Positions 51,820-64,000 of a DNA stretch of 64,000 nucleotides are shown here, piece after piece. The stretch spans positions 206,894,001 through 206,958,000 of the forward strand of contig OZ024740.1 of NCBI GenBank assembly GCA_964016885.1, read 5' to 3'. The stretch is from Eledone cirrhosa. Its lineage: Eukaryota. Below the pieces are notes generated by a model. That model saw only the letters and a program-made list of their open reading frames with translations. It ran no database searches and was not told where the DNA came from. Positions within the stretch are counted from its first letter, which is position 1, and each line of letters starts with the position of its first letter. The position numbers and the translations under genes were made by a program.

Positions 51820-53215
51820 AGGTAGTAGCATGCATTAGGGTTTGGTAAAACCTATCTTTTAGTTCGTCTGACAACCCAATTGCTGTGTGTACGCAGATAT
51901 AATTGTGGTTTCTTATATAGGCACAAGGCCAGCAATTTGGGGAGAGAGGAAAGTCAATTAAATTGATCCCAGTGCGTTACTGGTACTCTATTTTATCAAC
52001 CCTGTAAGGATGAAAGGCAAAGTTAACCTCAGCGGGATTTGAACTCAGATCATAAAGGGCCATAACTCTATGCTGTAAAGCATGACGTCTGACCCTTTAC
52101 TGATACTGCCAATCCACTGTCCTATATGCAGATATAATTGTAACCATTGTTCTATTTAGGACTAAATGATTTAATGATTCTCGTGTTTACTCTATTTACA
52201 AAGATTACCTTATCTATCAATACATCAGCTAATAAAATACCTACTTCCCCCAATCTGGTCATTTCCCATCCTGAAATATTTATAACATTGTTTTCGGCCT
52301 ACAAGGAATCTAGCTGACTCTCCTGTCCATCTAGTCTCTTGCACACAGTATACATCAATTATCTTCTGCTCTAACATCTCTGCAATCTTTTCTGTTCTTT
52401 CTTTCATTGTACTCACATTGATGGTGCTAATTCAGAAGTTTTGGCATTTGCTGTCATTGTTAGAGAAAGAAGATGAGGGTAGATATTTGTGGGGGTGGGT
52501 GTTTGCTTTCTGTATCTGAAATAAAGAAGGTTCGCTTGGTCAATTGCGAATGTGTGGATCCATATTTATATTTAGGATTGCTTCAGCCCATCCATAATAA
52601 ACAAAATTCTTCAAGAATAGGAAATATAGTAGCAGTTCTTGCTAAAGATAGTGAATGAAAATATATTTGTATTGCCGTAGTTTGATTGGTCTATGAGGCT
52701 AAGGTGGTGAGTAGGGATGGGTTGGAGGGAACTGGTGACATAAGTGAGTGATTTGATTAACGTATTAGATGAACTTAGTATAAATAGCCATTATCGATAG
52801 AAGACAAAATAACTACATGAAATAAATACATGAATTGTTGTAAGGAGAGAAAAGAAATTTTGAAGATTGTAAATTATGAACAGGTTTTGAATGATTTAGA
52901 GGAGAAGGTTTTTACATAGGCAAACAGATTGAGATGAAATGGGGAATCTAGCAACTTATAAGACAAGAAGGTAAGAGAGAGAGAGAGTAGCATGATGAGA
53001 TAAGTGAATGATTCAACTAACTAGCATCTTAGAGGACAGAAGACATGTAATACAGTAAATACCCTTTGTCAATAGAAGACATGAAATAACTAGATACCAG
53101 ATAAAACTGGTTAGACCATTACTCAACAGAGTACTCGATAGTAGAGCATGGCTATATTATAAAAAGTCAGGGCCCAACAGCTGAGCTCTTGCTGTTTCAA
53201 CAGTTAGTTCCAGAC

Positions 53216-53220
<5 letters not shown>
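51820..53220 (-). mobile_element. Old RTE LINE 5' fragment (5' UTR plus start of APE)
   Basis: EMLEQKIIDVYCVQETRW and KDRFYQTLM. The leader is similar to 46620-46680. Confidence 0.7.
51901..52122 (-). mobile_element. SINE family A (long variant) inserted in an RTE fragment
   Basis: TSD GCAGATATAATTGT on both sides. Confidence 0.88.
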
Positions 53221-53253
<33 letters not shown>

Positions 53254-53315
53254 TATAAATAACAGTATTTGGTCTTATTTTCAATGTAATATTTGCTGTA
53301 TGAGTCAACTCTTAA

Positions 53316-53499
53316 CCCTTTAGCATTTAAACCGGCCGTATATGGCCAGAATTATCTCACCTCTTTGTACTCAAACTGGCTGCTCATACTAATGTTAAGA
53401 TATTGTTCTCAAAATAAATAATATCAAAATCTCATAGATTCAATATTATGTGAGGTAAAAATACAATAGTAAATATAGAGTAATGTAAATGCTAAAGGG
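53316..53499. mobile_element. piggyBac-type MITE
   Basis: 14-bp TIR CCCTTTAGCATTTA / TAAATGCTAAAGGG with TTAA on both sides. Confidence 0.85.
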
Positions 53500-53662
53500 T
53501 TAAACATTTGTAACAAGGAGTTCATATAATTAAATCTTGTATGTAGATTTCTGAGTAGTTTACTGTAATAAATCTCATAAGTTGAGCTGTAACAATTTCT
53601 TCACCTACCTTTATCTGTTTTCGTATTTGAAAACGACTTATTCAAAATTGATATATATATAT

Positions 53663-53979
53663 ATAAAGTTATATCTGTATGAATACTGAGTTGGTAACCA
53701 TGAATGCACCAATGTTTATATCAATATACACATATCTAATACGTAGACATGAAAACATGCCAGAGAATACGAATTTCCCTGTAAATTGAAAAAATGACGA
53801 AGAACTTCATCCATAATTGGGTCTTCAACAAAAGGGGTTTATCATTTTTTTCAATTGACAGGGAGATTTGTATTTTCTGGCATGTTTATATGCCTAGATA
53901 TGAGATACGTGCATATATTTATATACATATTTGTGCAGTCTTGGTTAACCACTTTGTATTTATACGAATGTAACTTTAT
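53663..53979. repeat. Diverged inverted repeat (~140-bp arms, short spacer)
   Basis: 53663-53800 pairs with 53839-53979. Confidence 0.75.
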
Positions 53980-54014
53980 CATAAGCTTCGGCTGCTAGTG
54001 CACTTAATATATAT

Positions 54015-54292
54015 AAAAAGCACCCAGCCCACATTGTAAAGTGGTCATGTTAGTGACACAACAAAAAGTGCCCAGCCCACACTGTAAAGTAGTCATGTAG
54101 GTATCATGACTAAAGCACCCAGTACACTTTGTAAATGTGGTTGATGTTAGGAAGGGCATCCAGCTGTAGAAACCAAGCCAAAATCAGTTCTCTGTGAGCA
54201 AAACACAGTCCTCCAGCTTGGCTGTCGCACAACAGGACAACTGGTCTAACCCATGTTAGTATGGAAAATGAACGTTAAACAATGATGATGAT
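54015..54292 (+). mobile_element. RTE 3'-UTR/tail fragment
   Basis: AGGAAGGGCATCCAGCTGTAGAAA motif and (GAT)n tail. Confidence 0.8.
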
Positions 54293-54297
54293 ATATA

Positions 54298-55181
54298 CAG
54301 GGTGCGGACGATATTTGTTCACAAGATTACTGGAAAAAATAACAGTAGTTTTATTTTTTAAGATATATTTATCAAACTTGGGTCAGTTTGTCTTCATGAC
54401 TTGTTCTTTCGATCTAACTCGATAAACCCGCCATTGGCTTTGATGACGGCCTCAAGACGGCCTCAGAACCGGCTACAGGCCTTCGTCACTGTTCCCCGAC
54501 TTAGGCCCCTAAAGGCACTTGTGTTCCTGGCCTTCAGATCGTCTTTCGCATTGCAGCTAGATCTGTTGGTGTCTCGTTCCACTGCGCCCCACACAAAGAA
54601 GTCAAGGGGGTTGCAGTCAGGCGAGCTGGGAGGCCAGATATCAGGTGAAGCGTGGTCGACGAAGTTCTCTGACAGCCAGGCTTGGGTCTTTCGGCTGGTA
54701 TGGCAGGGCGCTGAGTCTTGCTCCCACACGTACGGCCTACCTGCAGCTACCTGGTCGATCCAGGGCTTTACTACCTCACTCAGAACGTGGATGTAGCCAT
54801 CGGTGTTCAGCTTGATGCCCTCAGGGAAGAAGTGAGGTGGCATGACGTCACCTTGACTGCTGACGGCACCTAAGACCAATGTTGTCGCTGGAAACTGTCT
54901 GCATGACTCTGAGCACGTCTTTGGATGAGACAGCAAGTCACCTGTTGTTCTGAGAAAGTCTGAAATTTCCTTATTTGTCCTCCCAGCGCAGATTCCAAGA
55001 AGGACACTGTGTCTCTTCCACAAATTTGGAGGTTCAAAATTATTCATACTCAATTATTCTGAAAATAAATAATGGAAATATAGTCACTGTTTTTATGAAG
55101 ACAAGAGTGACAAGGGAAGTAAAAAAAAATATGCATAAAATTAGCAGTTGAAAATTGCGAACAAATATCGTCCACACTCTG
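54298..55181 (-). mobile_element. Tc1/mariner DD37D (maT-type) transposon, internally deleted
   Basis: ~27-bp TIRs CAGGGTGCGGACGATATTTGTTC.. with TA TSD. The transposase has QDSAPCH...WPPSSPDCNPLD with 37 residues between the second and third Asp. The first Asp region is missing. Confidence 0.9.
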
Positions 55182-55187
55182 TATATA

Positions 55188-58167
55188 TATCACTTGATCA
55201 CCTATAGATCGGGGGAACACACAAGCCAGGTAGATTATATCCTTACCAGGAGACGTGACAGAGTGTCTGTTGTAAACATTAAATCCCTCCCCCATGAAGA
55301 ATGCACCTCTCAACATAGATGCATAATTAGCGACCTCATAGTCAGAACGAGACGTACTCGACAACAGAAGAGGACTATCCTCAGGAGAAAAATATCGAAG
55401 TTAAAAGACCCCACAGCCAGTAATAAATTTAAAAGCATATTACTTGATGCTCTTGATAGTAAGGAGGAGCAATTAGAGTCGTACAATATAGAGGAACAGT
55501 GGGAATTCCAGAAAGCTAACCTGCTGAAGGCAACAGATGAAACCTGTGGCTGGAGCAGACCTATAGGCAGGAGGAGAGTAACTTGGTGGTGGAACAGTAA
55601 GATGGAAGGGTCAATCAAGGCCAAAAAGCAGGCTTGGAAAGTATGGCAGGATGGGGGAAGTAGAGAAGACTATCAAGTGGCCAGGAGGGAAGCTAGGAGA
55701 CAAGTGTACTTCGCAGGAAGGGAAGCAGAGGAAAGAAAGTTCAAGCATGTTCTACAACACGAGGACCAAAAACGTGAGGTGTTCAGGATTGCTAGGCAAT
55801 GTATCAAGGAAAACAGTGATATTGTCGGGGAGAAGTGTGTCCTTAATGATGATGGTGTACTTACCATCACTGACGCTGATAAGAAGGTAGCTTGGAAGTG
55901 TCACTATGAAAGGCTACTAAATGAGGAGAATAATTGGGAGAAAGATAGTCTCCCCCACATCGACCCAATAGAGGGACCAGCAGTGCAAGTTGAAGGTAGT
56001 ATAATAAGTAAGGCGATCAAAGACAAAGACGCGCAAGGCGGCCGGGCCTTCGGAAATAGTTGCTGAAATGCTGAAATGCTGAAAGCATCTGGAACGGTGG
56101 GACACACCATGGTCACTCGGATAGTAAACCAAGTCATACAGAATGGGGTCGTTTTGAAGAACTGGCGCAGCAGCATCATCATTAACTGCTACAAGGGTAA
56201 AGGTGATGCCCTAGATAGGGGAAACTATAGAGGCATTAAATTAATCGACCAGGTCATGAAGGTCACGGAAAAAGGAATAGCGCAACTAATCAGAGAGCGA
56301 ATTGATCTAGACGAAATGCAGTTCGGGTTTCTGTCAGGTAAAAGTACAACAGACGCTCTCTTCATTGTACGACAACTACAGGAGAAGTACCTAGCTAAAA
56401 GTAAACCCCTATACTTAGCCTTTGTTGACTTGGAGAAAGCCTTTGACAGAGTACCCCGCTCGATTATCTGGTGGGCCCTTAGAAAACTAGGTGTTGATGA
56501 ATGGCTTGTGAGAGCTATACAAGCCATGTATAAAGAAACGGTCAGCAAGGTTAGAATTAACAACGAATATAGTGAAGAGTTTAGCGTAAAAGTTGGTGTT
56601 CATCAGGGCTCCGTCCTTAGGCTCCTACTATTTATTATTGCCCTTCAGGCTATAACAGAGGAGTTCAAGACCGGCTGCCCATGGGAACTCCTATATGCAG
56701 ATGATCTAACACTCATAGCTGAATCAATGACTGAACTAGAGAAGAAATTCCAAACATGGAAGCATAGCCTAGAATCAAAAGGCCTTAAAGTTAACTTGTC
56801 TAAGACTAAAGTTCTAGTTTGTAGGAAGGAAAATAGAGCACCGGTCCCATCTGGGAAATGGCCATGCTCAGTGTGTAGGAAAGGAGTAGGCAGAAACTCC
56901 ATTTTATGTCCCAAATGCAAAGTATGGGTGAATAAAAGATGTAGTGGGATCACAGGTAAGCTAACTAAGAACATAGATTTTACATGTGGCCGGTGCTCTG
57001 GTGCAATAAGTAACAGCAAGTGCCCACAGAATACTAGCTCATTCCATTGCACAGATGGTTCTATAGAAATAGTGGACAGCTTCCGTTACCTGGGTGACAA
57101 AATCAGCAGTGGGAGAGGATGCTCTGAAAGTACAGTAGCTAGAGTCAGAACGGGATGGAAAAAGTTCAGAGAACTTATACCACTATTGGCCGCTAAAGGG
57201 TTCTCTCTAAAAATGAAAGGCAGGCTGTGTGATGCCTGCATACGAACAGCAATGTTACATGGCAGTGAGACCTGGGCATTGTGTGCAGAGGATATACGCA
57301 GACTGGAGAGAAACGAAGCTTGCATGCTCCGCTGGATGTGTAATAGTAATATACGTGAATGGCAAAGCATAAACGAACTAAGGGAGAAATTAGGAATAAG
57401 AGGGATCAGATGTTGTTTACTCGAGAGAAGACTACGTTGGTACGGTCACGTGATGCGCATGAAAGACGACAGCTGTATAAAAAAGTGCAGGGGGATAAAA
57501 ATAGACGGTAGCCACGGAGTAGGCAGACCCAGAAAAACCTGGGACGACTTGATAAATTCCGACCTCACACACTTACACCTCTCCAAGACAATGTCACTGG
57601 ACCGAGATCTTTGGCGCTACACAGTAATAGAGAAGACCCGCCTTGCCTAAGTACAAAGCGAAACCTATAGTCAGTAGGCACCTCTAACAAAATACACTCC
57701 CGTCCCACTACCCCCATCCCATCCACACCACCCCCTTAAATGTGAAGTTATGTTGGTACCACAACATTCAGTCCGAAACAAATGAGGTCGAGTAGGTGTC
57801 ACGACAAAAAAAACACACAGTCCATGCTGTAATGTGGCCATGTAGGTAACATTGTAAAAACCTCCCAGTACACACTGTAAACGTGGTTGGTGTTGGGAAG
57901 GGCACCCAGCCGTAGAAAACCCGCCAGACGTGTAGGTGTCACGACAATAAAACACACAGTCCACGCTGTAATGTGGCCGTGTAGGTAACACAGTAAAAAC
58001 CTCCCAGTACACACTGTAAATGTGGTTGGTGTCAGGAAGGGCATCCAGCCGTAGAAAACCCGCCAGACAGTCCTGAGCAAGACAACCAATCTTGCCTCAA
58101 GTGGGACAATTCCCGTCCAGACCCATGCTAGGGTGGAAAATGGACGTTAAATGATGATGATGATGAT
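55188..58167 (+). mobile_element. RTE LINE copy 3, 5'-truncated, RT ORF open (56076-57650)
   Basis: NYRGIKL, FVDLEKAFDRV, VHQGSVL, YADD and FRYLG. The 3' UTR has an internal ~140-bp duplication and a (GAT)n tail. Confidence 0.95.
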
Positions 58168-58704
58168 ATGACATAGATTTTAAAAAATGTAACTCAATCT
58201 CACTTTCCAGTAATGTATGCATAATGATAAGAAAAATATACCTGTCTACCTCCCTATCTATCTGCCTGTCTATCAAATTCACTCATGAATCATTGGTTAC
58301 CTTGAGTCTATAGCAGAAAATAACTGTTCAAAGTCTCACTGGACCCTAAACCATGTGGTACTGCCATATATCACCCTAAACCATGTGGTAGTGCCATATA
58401 TCACCCAAAACCATAGGAAAAGAAAGAAGGAATGAAAGAGACAAAGAAGAATGAGAAAAGGAAACAGTAAAAGAGATAACAAAAAAAATGGAGAATCAGA
58501 TGAGAGACAAGAAGAAAAAGAGAAGTGTAGAGAAAAGGAGTGAAAGGTGAAATAAAAGAAAAGGTGAGAGAAAAGAAAAGGATGAGGAAATAGAAAAAGT
58601 GAAAAGGAAGGGGTGTGTAAATAAATTGAAAGATCAAAAAGTAATTTAAACAAAAGAAAACAACAGAAATAATATTTTATTCAAATATTGATACTAATAA
58701 TAAT

Positions 58705-59312
58705 TTAAACTTCTTCTGGATTCCATTGATATATTCTGATTTCAGCAAATTTATCTCCAGTCAGGAGAACAACAATATTATTATATCTATCAACAGCAAC
58801 ATTAAATGGAGAAACATTTTGACCAATTCGGAAAGTATCATATACAGGGAATCCAAGAGATCGACCTTTTGGACTGAACACTTGAACTCTGTAATTTCCA
58901 AAGTCAGCAACAATGATATTGTTGTTTTCATCTGTACAAACTCCCATTGGTTTAAATAACATACCCTTGTCCTTTCCTTTCTGACCATATTTGGCTTTAA
59001 ATTTCCCATCTTTACTGAACATTTTTATACAATTATTGCCAAAATCAGAGACAATAATTTGGGATTTTTGATTTGTAGTAACGAAATAAGGTTTGATGAA
59101 GTTCACATTGCCAGAACCTTTCCATCCGAATTTCTGCGAAAGTTTACCTTCTTCTGTAAATGTGTAGACACAGTCATTTTCCAAGCTTGTCACAATGGCG
59201 TAACCTTCACGATTCACAGCAACACCACTAGGATGAGCATATTGAAAATGAAGCCCAGTATATTGAGAGATTAAATGGCCTTCCATATCATAGGAGTGCA
59301 TGATAGATTTAT
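58705..59312 (-). CDS. Terminal coding exon of an NHL-repeat beta-propeller protein (TRIM-NHL-like)
   Basis: NHL repeats F..P.GVAVN..G..IVT, FIKPYFV..N....IIVSDFGNN.I..F and LFKPMGVC.D..NIIVADFGNYRVQVF. Acceptor TTTTATAG|AT at 59313-14, stop TAA at 58705-07. Confidence 0.88.
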
Positions 59313-59747
59313 CTATAAAAGTAGAAATAAAATATCAAATTAAACAATAATATTAACACAAATGTATTCATGTTGTTAGGTGGTCTATTGGCAGAGTCGT
59401 TAGAATGTCAGATAGAATATTTTGTGGTATTTTGACTCTCTTTTCTCTGATTTCAAATCCCGCCAAGGTCAACTTTGCCTTTCATCCATGGTAGATAAAA
59501 ATAGTACTGGGGATGATTCTTCTTCAATATCTCTCTCTCATTTCCATTCTTTCACTCTCTCTATCCTTCTCTGGAAGACAGCTGCTGTATTAAGAGACTT
59601 GGACAGGAAATATGTTCTGCCAGGTTTAAAAATGCCCTAGAAATGCCATATGTCAATACAGCATCCCTACAACTCTCTCAGAAGTTATGGGACCATGCAT
59701 TGCATGTTACTAGAATTAGTATGGAATTATTCCAACATAATTCAATA

Positions 59748-59936
59748 TAATTGTTTCTACTTTAGGCACAAGGCCTGCAATTACCCAGTGCAGTACTGGT
59801 ACTTTATTTTATCGACCCCGTAAGGATGAAAGGCAAAGTCAACCTTAGCAGGATTTGAACTCAGATCGTAAAGGGATGTAACTATGCTGGAAAGCATGGC
59901 GTCCGACCCTCTACCGATACTGCCAATCCACCGCCC
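59748..59936 (-). mobile_element. SINE family A (intronic)
   Basis: Full copy with TSD ATAATTC(A/G)ATATAAT. Confidence 0.9.
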
Positions 59937-60296
59937 TATATAATTCGATATAATATGTATATATATTTATTTTTCAGGTCTAACATTTATCCATCCATCA
60001 AGAAAATCTCCCTTCTTTTCCACTTCAATTCATCCATTGTTGGGGCTTTAAACACAGACTTTTATAAGTTACGAATGTGAATAACTTAATATCACCATGA
60101 ATCACCATGGATTTTAATGGTGTAGGCCTGTTATTACATTCATAATACAATGAACTTATAGCTATGTCATTATTCACTTATCAGACATATATATATCATC
60201 ATTATCATCTTTTTTCCATGCTAGAATATGCTGGAAGAATTGTCATGTTTTGAGTCAATTAACTAATTAAGCTAGAATATAATAATTAAACAACAT

Positions 60297-60486
60297 AATT
60301 GTTTCTACTATTGGGACAAGGCCAGCAATTACCCAGTACATTACTGGTACTTTATTTTATCGACCCCGTAAGGATGAAAGGCAAAGTTAACCTCGGCGGA
60401 ATTTGAACTCAGAATGGCAAGAGCCGTAACTCTATGCGTCAAAAGCAAGGCGTCCGGCCCTCTACCGATACTGCCAATTCACCGCC
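60297..60486 (-). mobile_element. SINE family A (intronic)
   Basis: Full copy with TSD AATTAAACAACATAAT. Confidence 0.9.
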
Positions 60487-60779
60487 CTTTAAATTAAACA
60501 ACATAATACCAAGTAATATCACTAGGGAGGGAAGATCAGTACCTATTATTTTTCAAGGGCCTCAGAGATTGGTGGGGGCAGGGAGGGAGACAGGAAGGAA
60601 GTAATTCTAAAACTAGGGCCTGGTTTAAATGCATGAAACAGCTTGGACTCCACTAAAGTGACTCAAGGGTTAAGTGATGGGGTTAAAGTAGGAGACAAAT
60701 TAAGTCTACTACCCAGGAAATCTAATGGACAGAAACTATGAAACCTTGTCAGAGAGTGGTAGACTTAATCAAGGTTCTG

Positions 60780-62160
60780 CTTCTTGTTGCTCTGATGTCT
60801 CTATACAAATGCCTGTGTTTGCATAAATGGTGCTAAATTGAAATCATTCAATGTGGGAGTCAGACTCCACCAAGGGTGCTTATTGTCACCTCTCCTATTC
60901 ATTATTTTCATGATCTGGATTGACATGTGCTGCCAGGATAGAAGTGGAATCATGACTGGAAGATGTAGGATCAGTTGGCTGGGATTTGCAGATGACATGA
61001 TATTATTTATCTCGACAAAAGATGATTTTTGACTTGCACTTGATAGATTCTATACCGAGTGCTGCATGGCTGGAATGAAAATCAGTGCTGTGAAGACTGA
61101 GACACTCGTCATCTCAAGGAAACTTGCGCAATGCACTCTAGATGTGAATGGAATTCTACTGAAGCAAGTGGAGAAGTTCAAGTATCTTGGTGCTGTGTTC
61201 ATGAGTAATGGAAGGCAGGAGGATGAAGTGCAAAAATTGCAGAAGCTGGAGCAGTAATGCACCTGCTTCAGCATTCAGTACCCAGAATGGAGGTAGGTGT
61301 AAAAGCGAAACTTGTTATCTTCAATTTGTTATTCATGCCAACACTTACCTATACCTTGATAACTTTGATAAGTTTCGACCAGTATTGGCTCAAGCCATGT
61401 TTAACTTAATAACACCACCTGGCAAAGTCTTTTAAATCAGGATTTGGACACCAAATAGGGCGTTATTGTTTACAGAGACATATCTGGGTGTAGGAGGTTT
61501 ATCTGGGATTTCTTGAATGAATTTATGTAAAGACTCTTTGAATTTTATGGGGTCTGTTTCCGTTTTGATGTATTTTGGTGCAATGTTGAAGAGAGCAGGA
61601 TCAATTGAGGTGAAATAATTGTGCTGTATTGTTGTTATGAGATGCAAGTTTGATTTTTGTTGTAGGATCAGTTGGCTGGAATTTTTGTTGTGGTCATGAA
61701 TCTTGGGTAATGACTGAAAGAATACAATCGCAAATACAAGCTCCGAAATGGGCTTCCTCTGAAGCCCATTTCGGAGCTTGTATTTGCGATCGTATTCTTT
61801 CAGTCTGATAGAGTGCATAGCTCAGAGGTCAAGGAGTTGCTCCAGGTAGAGTTGTTACTTCTCTGAATTGAGAGATCACAGCTCTGATATTACGAGTATG
61901 TGGTTAGAATGTCCCAGGAAAGAATCACTAGACAGATTTTACAGGAAAAACCAGCTGGCATGTGACACAAGGGTAGAACCCGAGCAAAATGGTTGGATAA
62001 CATCCATGAGATCAGCTGTCTTGCTTGGGGATCCAGCTGGATCAATTGGTGACGGTTGCTTCTGACAAGACCTGCTGGAATGAGTGTTTGAGGAATCTGC
62101 TCCCACATCCCTCCCAGGAATAAGTGGACAAAGAAGAAGAGAAAAAGAAGAGACTGAATC
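60780..62160 (+). mobile_element. Degraded RTE-type LINE (intronic), interrupted by a minus-strand LINE 3' fragment at ~61430-61700
   Basis: VRLHQGCLLSPLLF, GFADD and VEKFKYLG. The insert translates LFNIAPKYIK...FKESLHKFIQEIPDKP. Confidence 0.7.
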
Positions 62161-62334
62161 AATCACTCAATTTAATGGGGTTTTCTAGAAGTGAGTCCAT
62201 CCTCAGATCATGTCTGAGGATAACTTCTTCCTCCTACCAGTCATAGAAGGAGCCATGAAAAGTGTCTTTGCTATTGCTTTTCTTCCTCTGATTAAGCAGC
62301 TTAAAATAGCATAAAATATAGTAACTGTACTTAC

Positions 62335-62890
62335 CAGTATTAGACACTGAGGTTAGAATCTGTTGTTTTGGTAGAATAGCTATGTCATATATGTTACAAG
62401 AAGGAACAATCTTTTTAATATATTCACCAAGTGGAGAAAATATGAGAATACGTCCTCCTTTCAGATCTGATACACATATATTTCCAGCTCTATTAATAGC
62501 AATACCATAAGGCTTCTGGAAGTCATTTACATGGCTGCTATATCTACCAAATTTAGCAAGCAGTCCTTCTGCACAAAAAGGAATTTTAGGAATACATGTT
62601 GGAACCTGATCACATAGGTTAGGATATAAATTATAGTTTGGTAGTGGAGCTGAAGGTAATGCACCAGGCACAGTTGGTAATACACCAGGCACAGTTGGTA
62701 ATGCACAAGGCACAGTTGGTAATGCACAAGGCACAGTTGGTAATGCACAAGGCACAGTTGGTAATGCACAAGGCACAGTTGGTAATGCACAAGGCATAAT
62801 TGGTAATGAACAAGGCATAGTTGGTAATGGTGGTAATGATACAGGTAGAGTTGGTGGAGTTGATGCAGGTTCTGGCTGTGTTGAGATTTC
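62335..62890 (-). CDS. Internal coding exon of the NHL-repeat gene: Pro-rich heptad repeats plus the first NHL repeat
   Basis: Acceptor CCATTTGTAG|GAA and donor G|GTAAGT. The exon is 556 bp (phase 0 to 1) and splices in frame to 59312, giving SVSNT-D-KSIMHSY. It contains FQKPYGIAINRAGNICVSDLKGGRILIFS. Confidence 0.85.
62655..62830 (-). repeat. 21-bp coding minisatellite (PCALPTV)n, ~8 units
   Basis: Plus-strand unit GGTAATGCACAAGGCACAGTT. Confidence 0.92.
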
Positions 62891-63045
62891 CTACAAATGG
62901 AAAAAGAGAGAGAGGAGAGAATAAAAGTTTTGATTCTTATCATTGAATATTTTCATAAAAGAGAAAATAGGAAATAATTTGGTTAATAACAATAACAACA
63001 GCTACTTCTGATTTTGGGACAAGGCCAGCATTTTGTTATTTTTAT

Positions 63046-63730
63046 ATGATGGCGGTGGCAGCGGTAGTGGTGACAGTGGCGGTGGTGACAGTGGCGGTGG
63101 CAGTGGTGGTTGTGTTGGTGGTGGTGGTGATGGTGATGGTGGTTGTGGAGCTGGTGGTGGTGGTGACGGTGGAGGTGGCAGTGATGGTGGCTGTGCTTGA
63201 GTTGGTGGTGACGGTGGTTGTGGTGCTGGTGGTTGTGTTGGTAGTGGTGATGGTGGTGGTGGTGATGGTGGTTGTGTTGGTGGTGGTGGTGGGGCTGGTG
63301 GTTGTGTTGGTGGTGTTGACGGTGGTTGTGGAGCTGGTGGTTGTGTTGGTGGTGGTGACGGTGGTTGTGGAGCTGGTGGTTGTGTTGGTGGTGGTGACGG
63401 TGGTTGTGGAGCTGGTGGTGGTGATGGTGGTTGTGCTTGAGTTGGTGGTGGAAGTTAAGGTGGAGGTTGTGTTGGTGATGGTGAAGGTGGTTGTGGAGTT
63501 GATGGCTGTGTTGGTAGTGGTGATGGTGGTGGTGATGGTGGTTGTGTTGGTGGTGGTGGTGGTGGGGCTGGTGGTTGTGTTGGTGGTGGGGCTGGTGGTG
63601 GTGGTGGGGCTGGTGGTTGTGTTGGTGGTGGTGACAGTAGTTGTGGAGCTGGTGGTTGTGTTGGTGGTGGTGATGGTGGTTGTGCTTGAGTTGGTGGTGG
63701 GGGAAGTTAAGGTGGAGGTTGTGGTGGGGG
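63046..63730. repeat. Compound (GGT)n-derived trinucleotide repeat with higher-order units
   Basis: Recurrent blocks such as GGTGGTTGTGGAGCTGGTGGTTGTGTTGGTGGTGGTGAC. Confidence 0.9.
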
Positions 63731-63901
63731 ATTACATTGTCCTGGATACTTGATTTGTGTCTTATTTTACCAATTCTAAAAGAATGAAAATCAAAGTTGA
63801 CCTTGGTGGAATTTGATCTCAGGATGTAAAGTGTTGGTGTAAACACCACAAGGCATTTTATTTGATGATCTAACAACAATAATAAAAACAATAATAATAA
63901 A

Positions 63902-64000
63902 AATGGTTTCTGATTTAGGCACAAGGCCAGCAATTTGAAGGGAAGGGGAAAGTCAATTAAATCGACCCCAGTGTGTTACTGGTACTTTATTTTCTCAACC
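63902..64000 (-). mobile_element. SINE family A (long variant), cut by the window end
   Basis: GGCACAAGGCCAGCAATTT...ACTGGTACTTTATTTT. Confidence 0.8.

Noticed and set aside
58343-58414. 30-bp repeat x2.4 downstream of the NHL stop codon
   Set aside because: It is a short local duplication with no evidence of function.
62983-63933. 316-aa His-rich ORF and the antisense 235-aa Val-rich ORF
   Set aside because: Both are by-products of a stop-poor trinucleotide repeat, and the His ORF begins inside SINE sequence.

Overview
This is AT-rich, microsatellite-dense eukaryotic genomic DNA. The SINE and LINE repertoire suggests a mollusc, probably an octopus-type cephalopod (inference). Most of the window is transposon debris: an R4/Dong-type RLE non-LTR element, three large RTE-clade LINE copies plus many fragments, CR1/Jockey-type LINEs, CRE-type fragments, Penelope-like (GIY-YIG) elements, an internally deleted DD37D (maT) Tc1/mariner, non-autonomous Helitrons, hAT and piggyBac MITEs, and about 20 copies of one tRNA-derived SINE. 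The only supportable host gene is the 3' end of a minus-strand NHL-repeat gene, with two phase-compatible exons (62890-62335 and 59312-58705) and a Pro/Cys heptad coding minisatellite. The most unusual signal is a recurring link between minimal type-I hammerhead ribozyme motifs (CUGANGA...GAAA plus a palindromic stem III) and fold-back inverted repeats next to (TA)n tracts. Near-intact examples lie at about 13037-13093 (mirror copy 11640-11696), 34262-34353 and 32151-32227, with decayed ones at about 18030, 22450 and 53800. Also notable are a circularly permuted ~560-bp tandem-plus-inverted array (32285-33658), a PHD finger inserted in the RTE reverse transcriptase, and a possible HDV-like ribozyme at an RTE 5' UTR. 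All folds and alignments were done by eye and boundaries are approximate.
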